A stretch of 63,697 bases of DNA, the filler included. It is 3 parts of 3 records of this genome, joined end to end, with 100 filler letters (N's around TTAATTAATTAA, not from the genome) between each part and the next. Parts side by side here need not be neighbours in the genome. Positions count along the whole stretch, not along the records: positions 1 to 29,256 come from SRR20825006_2316; 2 more parts are not named here. One strand, written 5' to 3'. Every line of letters starts with the position of its first letter. Positions within the stretch are counted from its first letter, which is position 1. The position numbers were made by a program, and so were the translations under genes. Under the pieces are notes generated by a model that worked only from the letters and a program-made list of their open reading frames with translations, did no database searches and had not been told where the DNA came from. Shown here piece after piece: positions 9,345 through 18,705 of this stretch.

Positions 9345-9379
9345 CAACGCCTATATCTTATGATGTAGGCGTTGTTTTT
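9345..9379 (+). terminator. Intrinsic terminator
   Basis: CAACGCCTATATC-TTAT-GATGTAGGCGTTG then TTTTT. Confidence 0.7.
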
Positions 9380-9451
9380 GTTACCGCACTACCTCTCCCA
9401 ATGCCTATAAAATTACCTCAGGTCGAATAAGCTTCAACCAATTGATGCGGA

Positions 9452-9473
9452 TTTGGTGTATATTTACATCAAA
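9452..9473. promoter_or_regulatory. Putative toxin-antitoxin autoregulatory operator
   Basis: TTTGGTGTA-TATT-TACATCAAA, a 9-bp inverted repeat with one mismatch directly before the antitoxin ATG. Confidence 0.55.
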
Positions 9474-9482
9474 CATAATCTT

Positions 9483-9719
9483 ATGGCACGTCAAAGTATT
9501 TCCTTTACAAAACCCAATGATGATTGGTTAAAAGAACAGGTAGACTCTCAAGAATATACCAGTAAAAGTGAACTGATCAATGATCTTGTTAGACAAGCCC
9601 GCAAACAGCAAGCTGAGATAGACTGGATACGCACTAAACTCGACGACGCCGAACAAAACGGCTTTACAAGCGAAAGCAAACAAGAAATTTTAGCTCAGGC
9701 CAAGTCTTCTTTAAAATGA
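9483..9719 (+). CDS. ParD-like ribbon-helix-helix antitoxin
   Basis: MARQSISFT ... EYTSKSELINDLVRQAR; overlaps the toxin start (ATGA). Confidence 0.85.
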   Translation: MARQSISFTKPNDDWLKEQVDSQEYTSKSELINDLVRQARKQQAEIDWIRTKLDDAEQNGFTSESKQEILAQAKSSLK

Positions 9720-10000
9720 ATTACCGGCTTAGCAATACCGCTAAAGAAGATTTAATTCGCATTTACAAATACGGCGTTTACAAATTTGGTAGTGCTCAGG
9801 CTGAGCAGTATTTTGGGAACTTCTTTCTCTATTTTGATCGCATTGCAGAAAATCCATATGCTTTTGAAGCAGTTGATTTTATTAAAAAAGGATACAGACG
9901 TCGCGTTTGCGAAGTAGATAGTATTTATTACAGAATCAATAAAAATACGGTGGAGATTATGACCATCATTGGCAGGCAGGATACTCAAACTAAAATCTAA
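9716..10000 (+). CDS. ParE/RelE-family toxin
   Basis: YRLSNTAKEDLIRIYKYG..KFG..QAEQY ... GYRR ... IYYRI ... VEIMTII. Confidence 0.88.
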   Translation: MNYRLSNTAKEDLIRIYKYGVYKFGSAQAEQYFGNFFLYFDRIAENPYAFEAVDFIKKGYRRRVCEVDSIYYRINKNTVEIMTIIGRQDTQTKI

Positions 10001-10226
10001 TAGTATTCATTTGCTACGCTTAATTCGATATCTATTAGTATTTAATCTATTGATTTGTACAGACCCATCAAAAATCAAAAAAACTACTAGAGTACTAGCC
10101 TCACAGGCGTTATTTCCATATTTGCGCCCATAAAAATCAAATTCCTTTGAAGCATTCCTACCACCCGATCGTTCAGAATAATTGAACCATATTAAAGGTA
10201 GGCAAAGGTGTTATTTTTAAATTTTG

Positions 10227-10249
10227 TTATTTTTATTTATTCTAAATAA
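10227..10249. promoter_or_regulatory. Putative iron-regulator (Fur-like) box
   Basis: TTATTTTTATTTATTCTAAATAA, an AT-rich imperfect palindrome upstream of a siderophore-type TonB receptor; regulator identity is inferred. Confidence 0.45.
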
Positions 10250-10313
10250 AAACATTTTATACATTCGCATCGTAAATTTTAACCTTTAATAACTTTTCAA
10301 AATAACGACGCAG

Positions 10314-12632
10314 ATGAAACAACTAACTACACTGCTCGCCCTAACGCTTCTGAGTTTTTCGTTGTTTGCACAACAAGGAAATGCTATTAGCGGTACGGTA
10401 GTCGACCAAAATGGAAATGCATTGCCCAACGCCAATGTATATCTTGAGAACACCAATTATGGCACCTCTTCTAACGAAGATGGGTTTTATCAAATAAGTA
10501 ATATCAGTAACGGTACTTATGTGCTTATAGTTTCTGAAATGGGTTTTAAAACCTTCACTTCAAAAGCGATCACGATCAATGGCGCAGTAACGCTTAACGT
10601 GAAACTTCAGGAGGATGTGAGCGCACTTGATGACGTGATCATCTCAGGTGCCGGAAAATCTGAATATGTAGAACGCAACCCTTCGGCTTCTTTACGCCTG
10701 CAACAGGATCTTAATAAAATTCCGCAGAACATACAGGTGATTAGCGCAGACGTGATCAAAGATCAGCAAGCCATTAGTATGATGGAAAACATTACCCGTA
10801 ACGTGAGTGGTGCGCAAATGATTGAGCATTGGGGAAATTTTGCACGTATCAATATGCGCGGATTTAGAATTCCGCCGTTTAGAAATGGACAAAATGTGTT
10901 GTCTACTTGGGGACCCCTCGCCGAAGATATGGCGCTTGTAGAACGTATTGAAGTGGTTAAAGGTCCGTCTGCATTTATGCTTTCAAGCGGCGAACCCGGT
11001 GGACTTTATAATGTGGTCACTAAAAAACCTACCGGTATTTCTCACGGTGAAGTTGGCTTAGTGACCGGCAGTTACAACACTTTGAGAGCCACCTTAGATG
11101 TAGAAGGCAAACTTAGCGATGATAATAAATTGCAATACCGCTTTGTAGGTGCAGGTACTACGCAAGAAGCACACCGCGCGTACGAAGACCAAAATCGCTA
11201 TACGTTTGCTCCTTCGGTAAAATACTTGATTGACGATAAAACATCGGTTACTGCGCAATACACGTTTCAGTATTACAAAACCCGTTTAATAGGTTCTGCT
11301 TATGTTTTTGCTCCTGAAGAATACGCCAGCCTCGACAGAGATTTTACTTTAAACGATCCTAAGTTAGGCCCGTCAATTATGAAAGAACATTACGGACTTG
11401 TAAATTTTGAGCATCAGCTTAGCAACAACTGGTCAGTTAGCGCGCAACTTGCGTATCTTAATTATCAGCACGAAGGCTCTAGCCTTTGGTTAGATGGTAG
11501 TTTTGGTGTTCAGGCCAATGGGGATCTAATTCGTCGCGTGAGCATTTGGGATGCCAAAGAAGAGAAAAAACTGGGGCAGGCTTTCGTAAATGGAACCGCA
11601 CAAACCGGTGGCGTGAGTCATAAAATTTTGGGCGGACTTGATTTTGGAAATAGTTCGTATATCGCAGATTGGTCTACCGGAATCAATATTGATACCGAAG
11701 AAAATCCGTTTAATATTTACAATCCGCAACCGGCGGCGATCGCTCCTGTTTTTGACCGTTCTACTCCCCTTACCCAGCGTGCCGTAGGTTATATCACTTA
11801 TGAGTATCTGGCCTATTACGCACAAGATGAATTGGGCTTTTTTAATGATGATTTACGCCTTACCCTTGCCGGAAGGTACACCGAAATGAAGACCAACAGT
11901 TACGGTTCTACCTCTACAGATAAAGTGTTCACCCCGCGTGTCGCAGCTTCCTACTCTATCTTAGACAATTTGAGCGCTTATGCTATGTTTGATCAGTCAT
12001 TTTTACCCACGCAAGGTGCAGATGCCGAAGGAAATTCTTTTGATCCCGTTACTGCCGAAGATATCGAGGGAGGAATCAAATATGAATTTGGCGATGGAAA
12101 ATGGAATGTAGCCGCAGGATACTTCAACATTACCAAAGATAAAATCTTAGTTCCGGGGCCAGATCCTAATTATTCTATTCAGATTGATAGTGATGTAACT
12201 TCTCGCGGGTTTGAATTTGACCTGCGTGGTGAGCTTTTTACCGGTCTGGGTGTTGTGCTTAATTATGCCAACACCAATGTAGAAGATGCAGACGGAAACA
12301 AAGTCGTAGGCTTCTCTAAACACATCACAAACGGATGGTTCAATTATAAGTTTCAAGAACGCGCTTTAGAAGGCTTTGGAGTTTCGCTTGGCTATCAATA
12401 CCTCGTAGATCGCTCTACTTGGGCTTGGGGCGCTGATGGAGAAACCGACCTTCCTGATTACTTCAGAATGGATGGTGCGCTGTCTTGGGAAAACAACAAA
12501 TTCCGCGTGGCACTTAACCTTAACAACCTGTTGAATGAGTACCTCTACAGCGGCGCTGATTATGGCTCGTATGTATATTGGCAAAGTGAGCCGGGTCGCA
12601 ATTTTAGACTCAGCTTTAATTATAAATTTTAG
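10314..12632 (+). CDS. TonB-dependent (siderophore-type) receptor with N-terminal CarboxypepD_reg-like domain
   Basis: Signal peptide, ISGTVVDQNG domain, plug (IPQNIQVIS, ERIEVVKGPSA) and C-terminal PGRNFRLSFNYKF. Confidence 0.92.
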   Translation: MKQLTTLLALTLLSFSLFAQQGNAISGTVVDQNGNALPNANVYLENTNYGTSSNEDGFYQISNISNGTYVLIVSEMGFKTFTSKAITINGAVTLNVKLQEDVSALDDVIISGAGKSEYVERNPSASLRLQQDLNKIPQNIQVISADVIKDQQAISMMENITRNVSGAQMIEHWGNFARINMRGFRIPPFRNGQNVLSTWGPLAEDMALVERIEVVKGPSAFMLSSGEPGGLYNVVTKKPTGISHGEVGLVTGSYNTLRATLDVEGKLSDDNKLQYRFVGAGTTQEAHRAYEDQNRYTFAPSVKYLIDDKTSVTAQYTFQYYKTRLIGSAYVFAPEEYASLDRDFTLNDPKLGPSIMKEHYGLVNFEHQLSNNWSVSAQLAYLNYQHEGSSLWLDGSFGVQANGDLIRRVSIWDAKEEKKLGQAFVNGTAQTGGVSHKILGGLDFGNSSYIADWSTGINIDTEENPFNIYNPQPAAIAPVFDRSTPLTQRAVGYITYEYLAYYAQDELGFFNDDLRLTLAGRYTEMKTNSYGSTSTDKVFTPRVAASYSILDNLSAYAMFDQSFLPTQGADAEGNSFDPVTAEDIEGGIKYEFGDGKWNVAAGYFNITKDKILVPGPDPNYSIQIDSDVTSRGFEFDLRGELFTGLGVVLNYANTNVEDADGNKVVGFSKHITNGWFNYKFQERALEGFGVSLGYQYLVDRSTWAWGADGETDLPDYFRMDGALSWENNKFRVALNLNNLLNEYLYSGADYGSYVYWQSEPGRNFRLSFNYKF

Positions 12633-12660
12633 AACGCTCGTGCTTTGCGTTCTTAAAACA

Positions 12661-12690
12661 GAAAAGCTATCTCTCGCGAGATAGCTTTTC
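12661..12690. terminator. Bidirectional terminator
   Basis: GAAAAGCTATCTC-TCGC-GAGATAGCTTTTC between convergent genes. Confidence 0.8.
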
Positions 12691-12710
12691 ACTTTTTATA
12701 ATAATATTGA

Positions 12711-14903
12711 TTATCCTAAAATAGCTGTTTCTTGCTCCAAGATCATATACGGCTGACGGTAATAGCGCTTGCTCGTCGCTTTATACAAAGCACTAGCCAG
12801 AGCTCCTGCAACCGGTGGCAAACCGGGTTCGCCCAATCCCGTAGGTGCGATTTCGTTTTCTGCGAAAAATACTTCGATCTGTAACGGAGCTTCGTTGTTT
12901 CTGATCAATCGGTAGCGGTCAAAATTCTGTTGTTCGGGCGCCCCGTCTTTAAAGGTTAACTGGCTGTACATCGCGTGTCCTAGTCCGTCTACAATTCCAC
13001 CTTCAATTTGATTTAAAGCGCCTTCTTTATTGACTACAATTCCGCAGTCAACCGCACACCACACTTTTTGCACTACCGGATTTCCGCGATCATCCATCAC
13101 CAGATCGATCACCTGTGCCACATACGAATTGTGACAATAATACGCCGAAACACCACGGTAAACCCCGTCGATCTCGGTTCCCCAATTACTCTTTTCGCGC
13201 ACAAGTTTTAAAACTCCGGCATAACGCTCGGCATCATAATCGTTACGCTCACCAACCGGATTGGCGATCGCATTCTCAAAAAGTTCTAATCTAAAATCAA
13301 TAGGATCTTTACCTGCAGCTTCGGCCACCTCATCGATAAACGATTGCTCTGCTCCTGCGGTAAAATTAGAACGCGGCGCACGCCAGGCTCCTGTTGAAAT
13401 ATTAGTGTCAATACCAAAATTCTCAGCACGATAATTGGCTAGTGTTCCTGCCGGATAACGATCTGCAAACACCGGACTTGATGGAATACCACTCCCTTGC
13501 ACTTCAAAAGCAGTCAGGTTTTTATTGGCATCTAGCGCAGCTTTATATTTTAATGTGTACGAAGGACGATAGGTTCCCTGCGTCATATCATCTTCCCGGG
13601 TGTAAATGAGTTTTACCGGAGCTCCTATTTTTAGCGAAATGGCAGCAGCCTCAAGACCGAAGTTTCCATATAATCTGCGACCAAAACCGCCTCCCATACG
13701 TGTCATATCTACGTGAATGTTATCTTCAGGAATATTGAGCATTGCAGCAGCCGAACCGCGTAAAGCTTCCGGAGTTTGAATAGGCCCGATCAAGCGCGCC
13801 GAATCTGCTTTGACATCGGCAAAAAAGTTCATCGGCTCTAACGTATTATGCGCTAAAAACGACCCGAAATACGTGCGTTCGATCACGGTATCCGCATTGG
13901 CAAAAGCTGCATCAGGATCGCCGTCTTGACGCGCTACTTCTCCCTTTCCTGTAGAAAATACTGAGGCAAATTGCTCTAAATGCGCAGCGGTACTTTCCGC
14001 AGTTGCTTCGGTTTCCCATTCGGCATGTACAGCTTTTTTAGCCTGCATCACCTGCCAGGTGCTTTCTCCTACGACTACGATGAGTTCGTTAAACGCATTC
14101 ACGTCTGCCCAACTTGGGTTTTGTAATGAAGTATCTACGGTAAATACGTCTTTGATTCCCGGCATCGCTTTCGCTTCGCTAGCATCAAAACTTTTAAGTT
14201 TCATTCCAAAAGCGGGTGCGTGAATGAGCATGGCAATCGCTGCGCCCTCTTCCATATAATCTAATCCAAATAAAGGTTTTCCTGTAGCGATCTTAACACC
14301 GTCTACGTTTTTTACCGCAGTCCCAATAAGTTTAAAATCTTTAGGAGCTTTCAGCGGAACTTCTTCCGGTATTTCAATTTTTGAAGCCTCATCAATCAGT
14401 TCTTTGTACGCAATAGTTTTATTGGTAGGTAAATGCTTAACCATTCCTTCTTCGGTCACCAGATCTTCCGCAGGAATATTCCACAGTTTTGCAGCTGCAT
14501 TCACGAATAAATACCGCGCAGTAGCGCCTGCCATACGCAAGCCGTCCCAACCGGCACGAATAGACTGACTTCCTCCTGCGATCTGACGACTGAACTTTTT
14601 AGTATCCAGAGGTGCTTGCTCTACCGTTACCTGATCCCAGGCTACGTCTAATTCTTCGGCCACAATTAGGGGCATTGAGGTTTTTACGTTCTGACCGATT
14701 TCAGGATTGGGTGAAAAAATAGTCACCGTGCCATTCCCATTTATGCGTATGTAAGCATTGAGGTCAAACGCAATATCTTCTGGTTGCACATCGCTTTGAG
14801 CTAAGCCCGAAAACCAACTAAATTGCAAAAGCAGTCCCGCGCCGCCGGCAGCAGAAACTTTTAAAAACGATCTACGGTTGTGTTTTGTCTTTATAAGTGC
14901 CAT
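12711..14903 (-). CDS. Xanthine dehydrogenase-family molybdopterin-binding subunit (isoquinoline 1-oxidoreductase beta-like)
   Basis: Tat-like RRSFLK, EIGQNVKT, GGSQS, MGGGFGRR, GAWRAP and GLGEPGLPP motifs. Confidence 0.9.
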   Translation of the reverse strand: MALIKTKHNRRSFLKVSAAGGAGLLLQFSWFSGLAQSDVQPEDIAFDLNAYIRINGNGTVTIFSPNPEIGQNVKTSMPLIVAEELDVAWDQVTVEQAPLDTKKFSRQIAGGSQSIRAGWDGLRMAGATARYLFVNAAAKLWNIPAEDLVTEEGMVKHLPTNKTIAYKELIDEASKIEIPEEVPLKAPKDFKLIGTAVKNVDGVKIATGKPLFGLDYMEEGAAIAMLIHAPAFGMKLKSFDASEAKAMPGIKDVFTVDTSLQNPSWADVNAFNELIVVVGESTWQVMQAKKAVHAEWETEATAESTAAHLEQFASVFSTGKGEVARQDGDPDAAFANADTVIERTYFGSFLAHNTLEPMNFFADVKADSARLIGPIQTPEALRGSAAAMLNIPEDNIHVDMTRMGGGFGRRLYGNFGLEAAAISLKIGAPVKLIYTREDDMTQGTYRPSYTLKYKAALDANKNLTAFEVQGSGIPSSPVFADRYPAGTLANYRAENFGIDTNISTGAWRAPRSNFTAGAEQSFIDEVAEAAGKDPIDFRLELFENAIANPVGERNDYDAERYAGVLKLVREKSNWGTEIDGVYRGVSAYYCHNSYVAQVIDLVMDDRGNPVVQKVWCAVDCGIVVNKEGALNQIEGGIVDGLGHAMYSQLTFKDGAPEQQNFDRYRLIRNNEAPLQIEVFFAENEIAPTGLGEPGLPPVAGALASALYKATSKRYYRQPYMILEQETAILG

Positions 14904-14909
14904 AATCGG

Positions 14910-15374
14910 TTATTTTTTTGTTGCTGCAAGAGCCACAGCTTTATTGATTCGGGTATAGGTTCCGCAGCGGCAAAGGTTACCGCTCATTGCGTTTTTGATC
15001 TCATCTTCAGAAGGAGTTGCATTGCGATTGAGCAAAGCGGCTGCGCTCATAATCTGGCCAGCCTGACAATATCCGCATTGCGGAACATCAACTTCTACCC
15101 AGGCTTTTTGTACCGGATGATCACCGGTTTCTGAAAGCCCTTCTATCGTAGTAATCTTCATCGAAGCATTTGCGATGGCACTCACAGGCAGCGAACACGA
15201 GCGCACGGCGTTTCCGTTTAAGTGAATGGTGCAGGCTCCACATTGGCCAATACCGCAGCCGTACTTGGTTCCTACCATTTTTAGATGGTCTCGCAACACC
15301 CAAAGAACGGGAGTATTTGCGGCGACATCTACTTGATGTTCTTGCTCGTTAATCATTAGGGAATACTGTGGCAT
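14910..15374 (-). CDS. 2Fe-2S subunit (IorA/CoxS-like)
   Basis: [22 protein letters not shown] and GNLCRCG. Confidence 0.93.
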   Translation of the reverse strand: MPQYSLMINEQEHQVDVAANTPVLWVLRDHLKMVGTKYGCGIGQCGACTIHLNGNAVRSCSLPVSAIANASMKITTIEGLSETGDHPVQKAWVEVDVPQCGYCQAGQIMSAAALLNRNATPSEDEIKNAMSGNLCRCGTYTRINKAVALAATKK

Positions 15375-15574
15375 AGCGCATTATTTTTGTGAAACATCTG
15401 TAATTGAGCGCAATAGAAAAGCGCAATGCTTTAAAGTTACTTATTTTAAACGTGCGCCACTTATACTTTTCAAACCAAATCTTAAGCTAGAAGCCTTTAA
15501 AAAATTAGCATTTCCTTACAATTTGAGCTGATTTTATCCGCTGTTAAAGGGCTACTTTTGCCTGAAAATCAACA

Positions 15575-16759
15575 ATGCCGAGAAACTTACGCGCGCTTTT
15601 ATTGGGTCTGCCCCTCTTGCTTTTAGGTATTCAATTGCAAGCGCAAGACACTTCAATTCCCAACGAAACTCCTAAAAAAGGATTTATTTCCCGCTACCTC
15701 AACAGGGTTTTTAACGATACGGTCTCTCAAGAAAAACCACAATTCTTGATCTATCCGGTTTTAGGTATTCGCCCTGAAACAGGTCTGGAATTTGCCGTTG
15801 CGCCGCTCTTTGTGTTCTATGCCAATGAGGACACTAATAACCGACTTAGTGAAATTAATACTTACGCATTTTTTACCTTCAACGGGCAGTATGGAATACG
15901 CATCAATCACGCCGTCTATTCTGATCAGGATAAATGGTTTTTCTTAGGTGATCTAGATGCAGAACGTTTTCCGCTGAAATATTACGGAATAGGAAATGAT
16001 GTTCCTAAAGACAATATTGCACTGGTAGATGCTACGCAAATTCAGATCAAAGAACGGGTGTTGCGCAAGGTTTTGAAGAACTTTTATGTAGGTCTTGAAA
16101 CCGATTTTAGAAGCCTGTCTAATGTTTCTTTTGATGCTCCTGAAGATAGTCAGGAAGCTTTAGACATTGAGCTTCCCTTTGGAGCAGAAGGAACGACCAA
16201 TTTTGGTATGGGCGCCGGTCTTGTTTACGATGCCCGACACAATGTATTGAATGAACGCAACGCCTTCTTTAGCGAATTGGCTTACCTCAATTACAATCCA
16301 TTTTGGAAAAGCGATGTAAAATACCAGACCATCACCACAGACAACCGGTTTTTTACACCCATAGGCAAAAGAGATGTACTGGCAGCACAGGTAATTGGTC
16401 AGTTTAGTTTTGGTGGCGAAGTGCCCTTTAACCAGCTCTCGTACTTAGGCGGTGAGAATATTATGCGTGGTTATTTTAGCGGAAGGTTTAGAGATCGCAA
16501 TCAAGTCGCAGCACAAGTAGAATATCGTTTTCTACCGCTTAAACTGGGTTTTACTGACCGTTTAGGAGCAACTGTTTTTACCGGTGTAGGCGAAGTTTTT
16601 GACGATTGGAACGAGCTGGAGATGAACAAGATCAAATGGTCTGCCGGTGCCGGTGCACGCTTTCTGATCTTTAGAGAAAAAGATATTTTTATTCGCTTTG
16701 ATTATGCGTTTACCAAAGATGGAAATAACTTTTATCTGAGTATAGGAGAAGCTTTTTAG
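15575..16759 (+). CDS. BamA/TamA (Omp85) family barrel-only outer-membrane protein
   Basis: Signal peptide, MRGYFSGRFRD loop and C-terminal YLSIGEAF; TACTTTTG promoter element at 15553. Confidence 0.8.
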   Translation: MPRNLRALLLGLPLLLLGIQLQAQDTSIPNETPKKGFISRYLNRVFNDTVSQEKPQFLIYPVLGIRPETGLEFAVAPLFVFYANEDTNNRLSEINTYAFFTFNGQYGIRINHAVYSDQDKWFFLGDLDAERFPLKYYGIGNDVPKDNIALVDATQIQIKERVLRKVLKNFYVGLETDFRSLSNVSFDAPEDSQEALDIELPFGAEGTTNFGMGAGLVYDARHNVLNERNAFFSELAYLNYNPFWKSDVKYQTITTDNRFFTPIGKRDVLAAQVIGQFSFGGEVPFNQLSYLGGENIMRGYFSGRFRDRNQVAAQVEYRFLPLKLGFTDRLGATVFTGVGEVFDDWNELEMNKIKWSAGAGARFLIFREKDIFIRFDYAFTKDGNNFYLSIGEAF

Positions 16760-16828
16760 TTCTAATTGACCAAAAACTTTCAGACAATCATTTTATAAGC
16801 TTTTGGCTATTCAACCCCTTGCCCACTA

Positions 16829-18385
16829 CTAAAAATAATTTCTGAAGAGCGCCTTACTAATTTCTTCTTGCAATTTATTTTCAGGAGCTTTTCGCTTTAA
16901 TTGATAAGCACGTTCTACACGTTCAGTTGACGGATCGTCGTTCTCTGTCAGATCAAGCTCCAGCGCTCCGTAGCTTAAATACTTCTCATAATCTGGGGTC
17001 TCTGTAGTTTCAACGTAATGGCGCAATTCGTCTAAAGGTTTACCCGCCATTTGAGCGACGGTTTCCCAAAACTCTTCTTCGGTATAGCCGCGCTGTTGTT
17101 CACGAAAATAAGTTTTATACATCGCTCGTATCACATCGTCTAATGACTTTTCATTTTCACTCTCGTGGCGAATGGCAAGATCAAGCAACAGCCCTATAAT
17201 TGGGCCTTTATGATAATAGGAAATTGTTGTGTCATCTGAAACAGCATCGTTATTCAAGAAATGATTCCATACATCATAACTGGAGCGTTCTAAAGACATA
17301 TGCTCTTTCCCCTCTTTATTTTCGATCGCCTGAAAATGACTGCTTAAATACTGCAGCATATCTTCTTCAGTGATCAAATCTGCATCACGCATAATGAGAT
17401 ATTCGTAATACACCGTAAAACCTTCTGCCACCCAAAGCATCGTCGTGTAATTTTCTTTGCTATAGTCAAACGGTCCCAATTCAATAGGCCGTAAAGCTTT
17501 CACATTATACAGGTGAAAATATTCGTGCGTAATAAAATTGAGAAAGGCCTTGTAGTCAGCATCGGATTTAAAATCAAAACTTCCATAGGTGAATACCGCT
17601 TGCGAGTTTGCGTGTTCTAGTCCGCCGCCGCCGGGTTCCATCATAATAAACGCATATTCCTCAAAAGGAATGTGCTGCATTAAATCGGTAGTACGCAAAA
17701 TGATCTCTCGCAAATCTGTTACAAATTGCTGCTCATCTAATCCCTCTGGTGTTGCAACAGCCAGCGTAAACTCTTTACCCAATTGCTGAAACTCTATCAT
17801 TTTCTGATTTCCCAAATAAAACGGACTGTCGTAAAGCACGTCTGCTGATGCAGCGTAAAAAGTGGTTTGATTTACTTTTTCTAGTCCAGTCGCAATGTGC
17901 TCCCAAGTTTCCGGAAGTTGAAAGGTCACTGAAATGGGTGCTTCTTTTTGCCCTTCAGGAAACATAAATATATCGGTGTTCGCCAGAAAAGCCCGACTAT
18001 CCTTTACATTAGATTCTGCTACCGAAGTACGATTGGCATAGACCCTGTAGGTCACTTCTAATTCGGTATTTTTGGGATGCGTGATCGTCCATTTATTTTT
18101 AGAAGTTTTCTTCCAGTCTATTGCAACACCTTTAGAAGCCTGCACCTTAAAATCAATAATATGCGCCGGGTTGTCGAGAATCTTGTAATATCCCGGGGTC
18201 CAAACCGGCAAAACGAGTGTGGTTTTGGTAGTGTCTTGCTGATCAATATGCAAGGTAACTTCAACATAATGCGCTTCTGCCTGAGGAAAGGATAGTTGAT
18301 ACTGCATTTGTGGATCGCCCTTCTGCGCGAAAAGAGTTCCGGAAATCAGAAGAATAACACAAGCCAGATAAACACGTAGAATCAT
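16829..18385 (-). CDS. M61 family metallopeptidase (glycyl aminopeptidase-like)
   Basis: LPVWTPGYY, GGGLEH, HEYFH ... LWVAEGFT and SYYHKG motifs. Confidence 0.9.
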   Translation of the reverse strand: MILRVYLACVILLISGTLFAQKGDPQMQYQLSFPQAEAHYVEVTLHIDQQDTTKTTLVLPVWTPGYYKILDNPAHIIDFKVQASKGVAIDWKKTSKNKWTITHPKNTELEVTYRVYANRTSVAESNVKDSRAFLANTDIFMFPEGQKEAPISVTFQLPETWEHIATGLEKVNQTTFYAASADVLYDSPFYLGNQKMIEFQQLGKEFTLAVATPEGLDEQQFVTDLREIILRTTDLMQHIPFEEYAFIMMEPGGGGLEHANSQAVFTYGSFDFKSDADYKAFLNFITHEYFHLYNVKALRPIELGPFDYSKENYTTMLWVAEGFTVYYEYLIMRDADLITEEDMLQYLSSHFQAIENKEGKEHMSLERSSYDVWNHFLNNDAVSDDTTISYYHKGPIIGLLLDLAIRHESENEKSLDDVIRAMYKTYFREQQRGYTEEEFWETVAQMAGKPLDELRHYVETTETPDYEKYLSYGALELDLTENDDPSTERVERAYQLKRKAPENKLQEEISKALFRNYF

Positions 18386-18705
18386 AAATGGAAATTAATT
18401 GTGCCTGTGAAATTACTCAATCTATCACGAAGAATAGTTGCCGTTTATCCCTAAAATATTCGCAAGAGCTGATACGATGTTAACCTAAAATACATCCCTC
18501 AATTTAAACAACTACCAATCAAGTTAGCGTAGTTTTAAAATACTGAAAGACTATATTCAGTATGTAAATTGAGCATAAGGTGTTTTTAAAGTTTGTCTAT
18601 GAATAAAAAACTATCTAGAACTGAAAAACTTTAGAAAATTCTATCTGTCTTGCTAAATAAGAATGATAATGCTTACTGTAGCCGTATTTCTTTTTAAAAC
18701 TTAGG

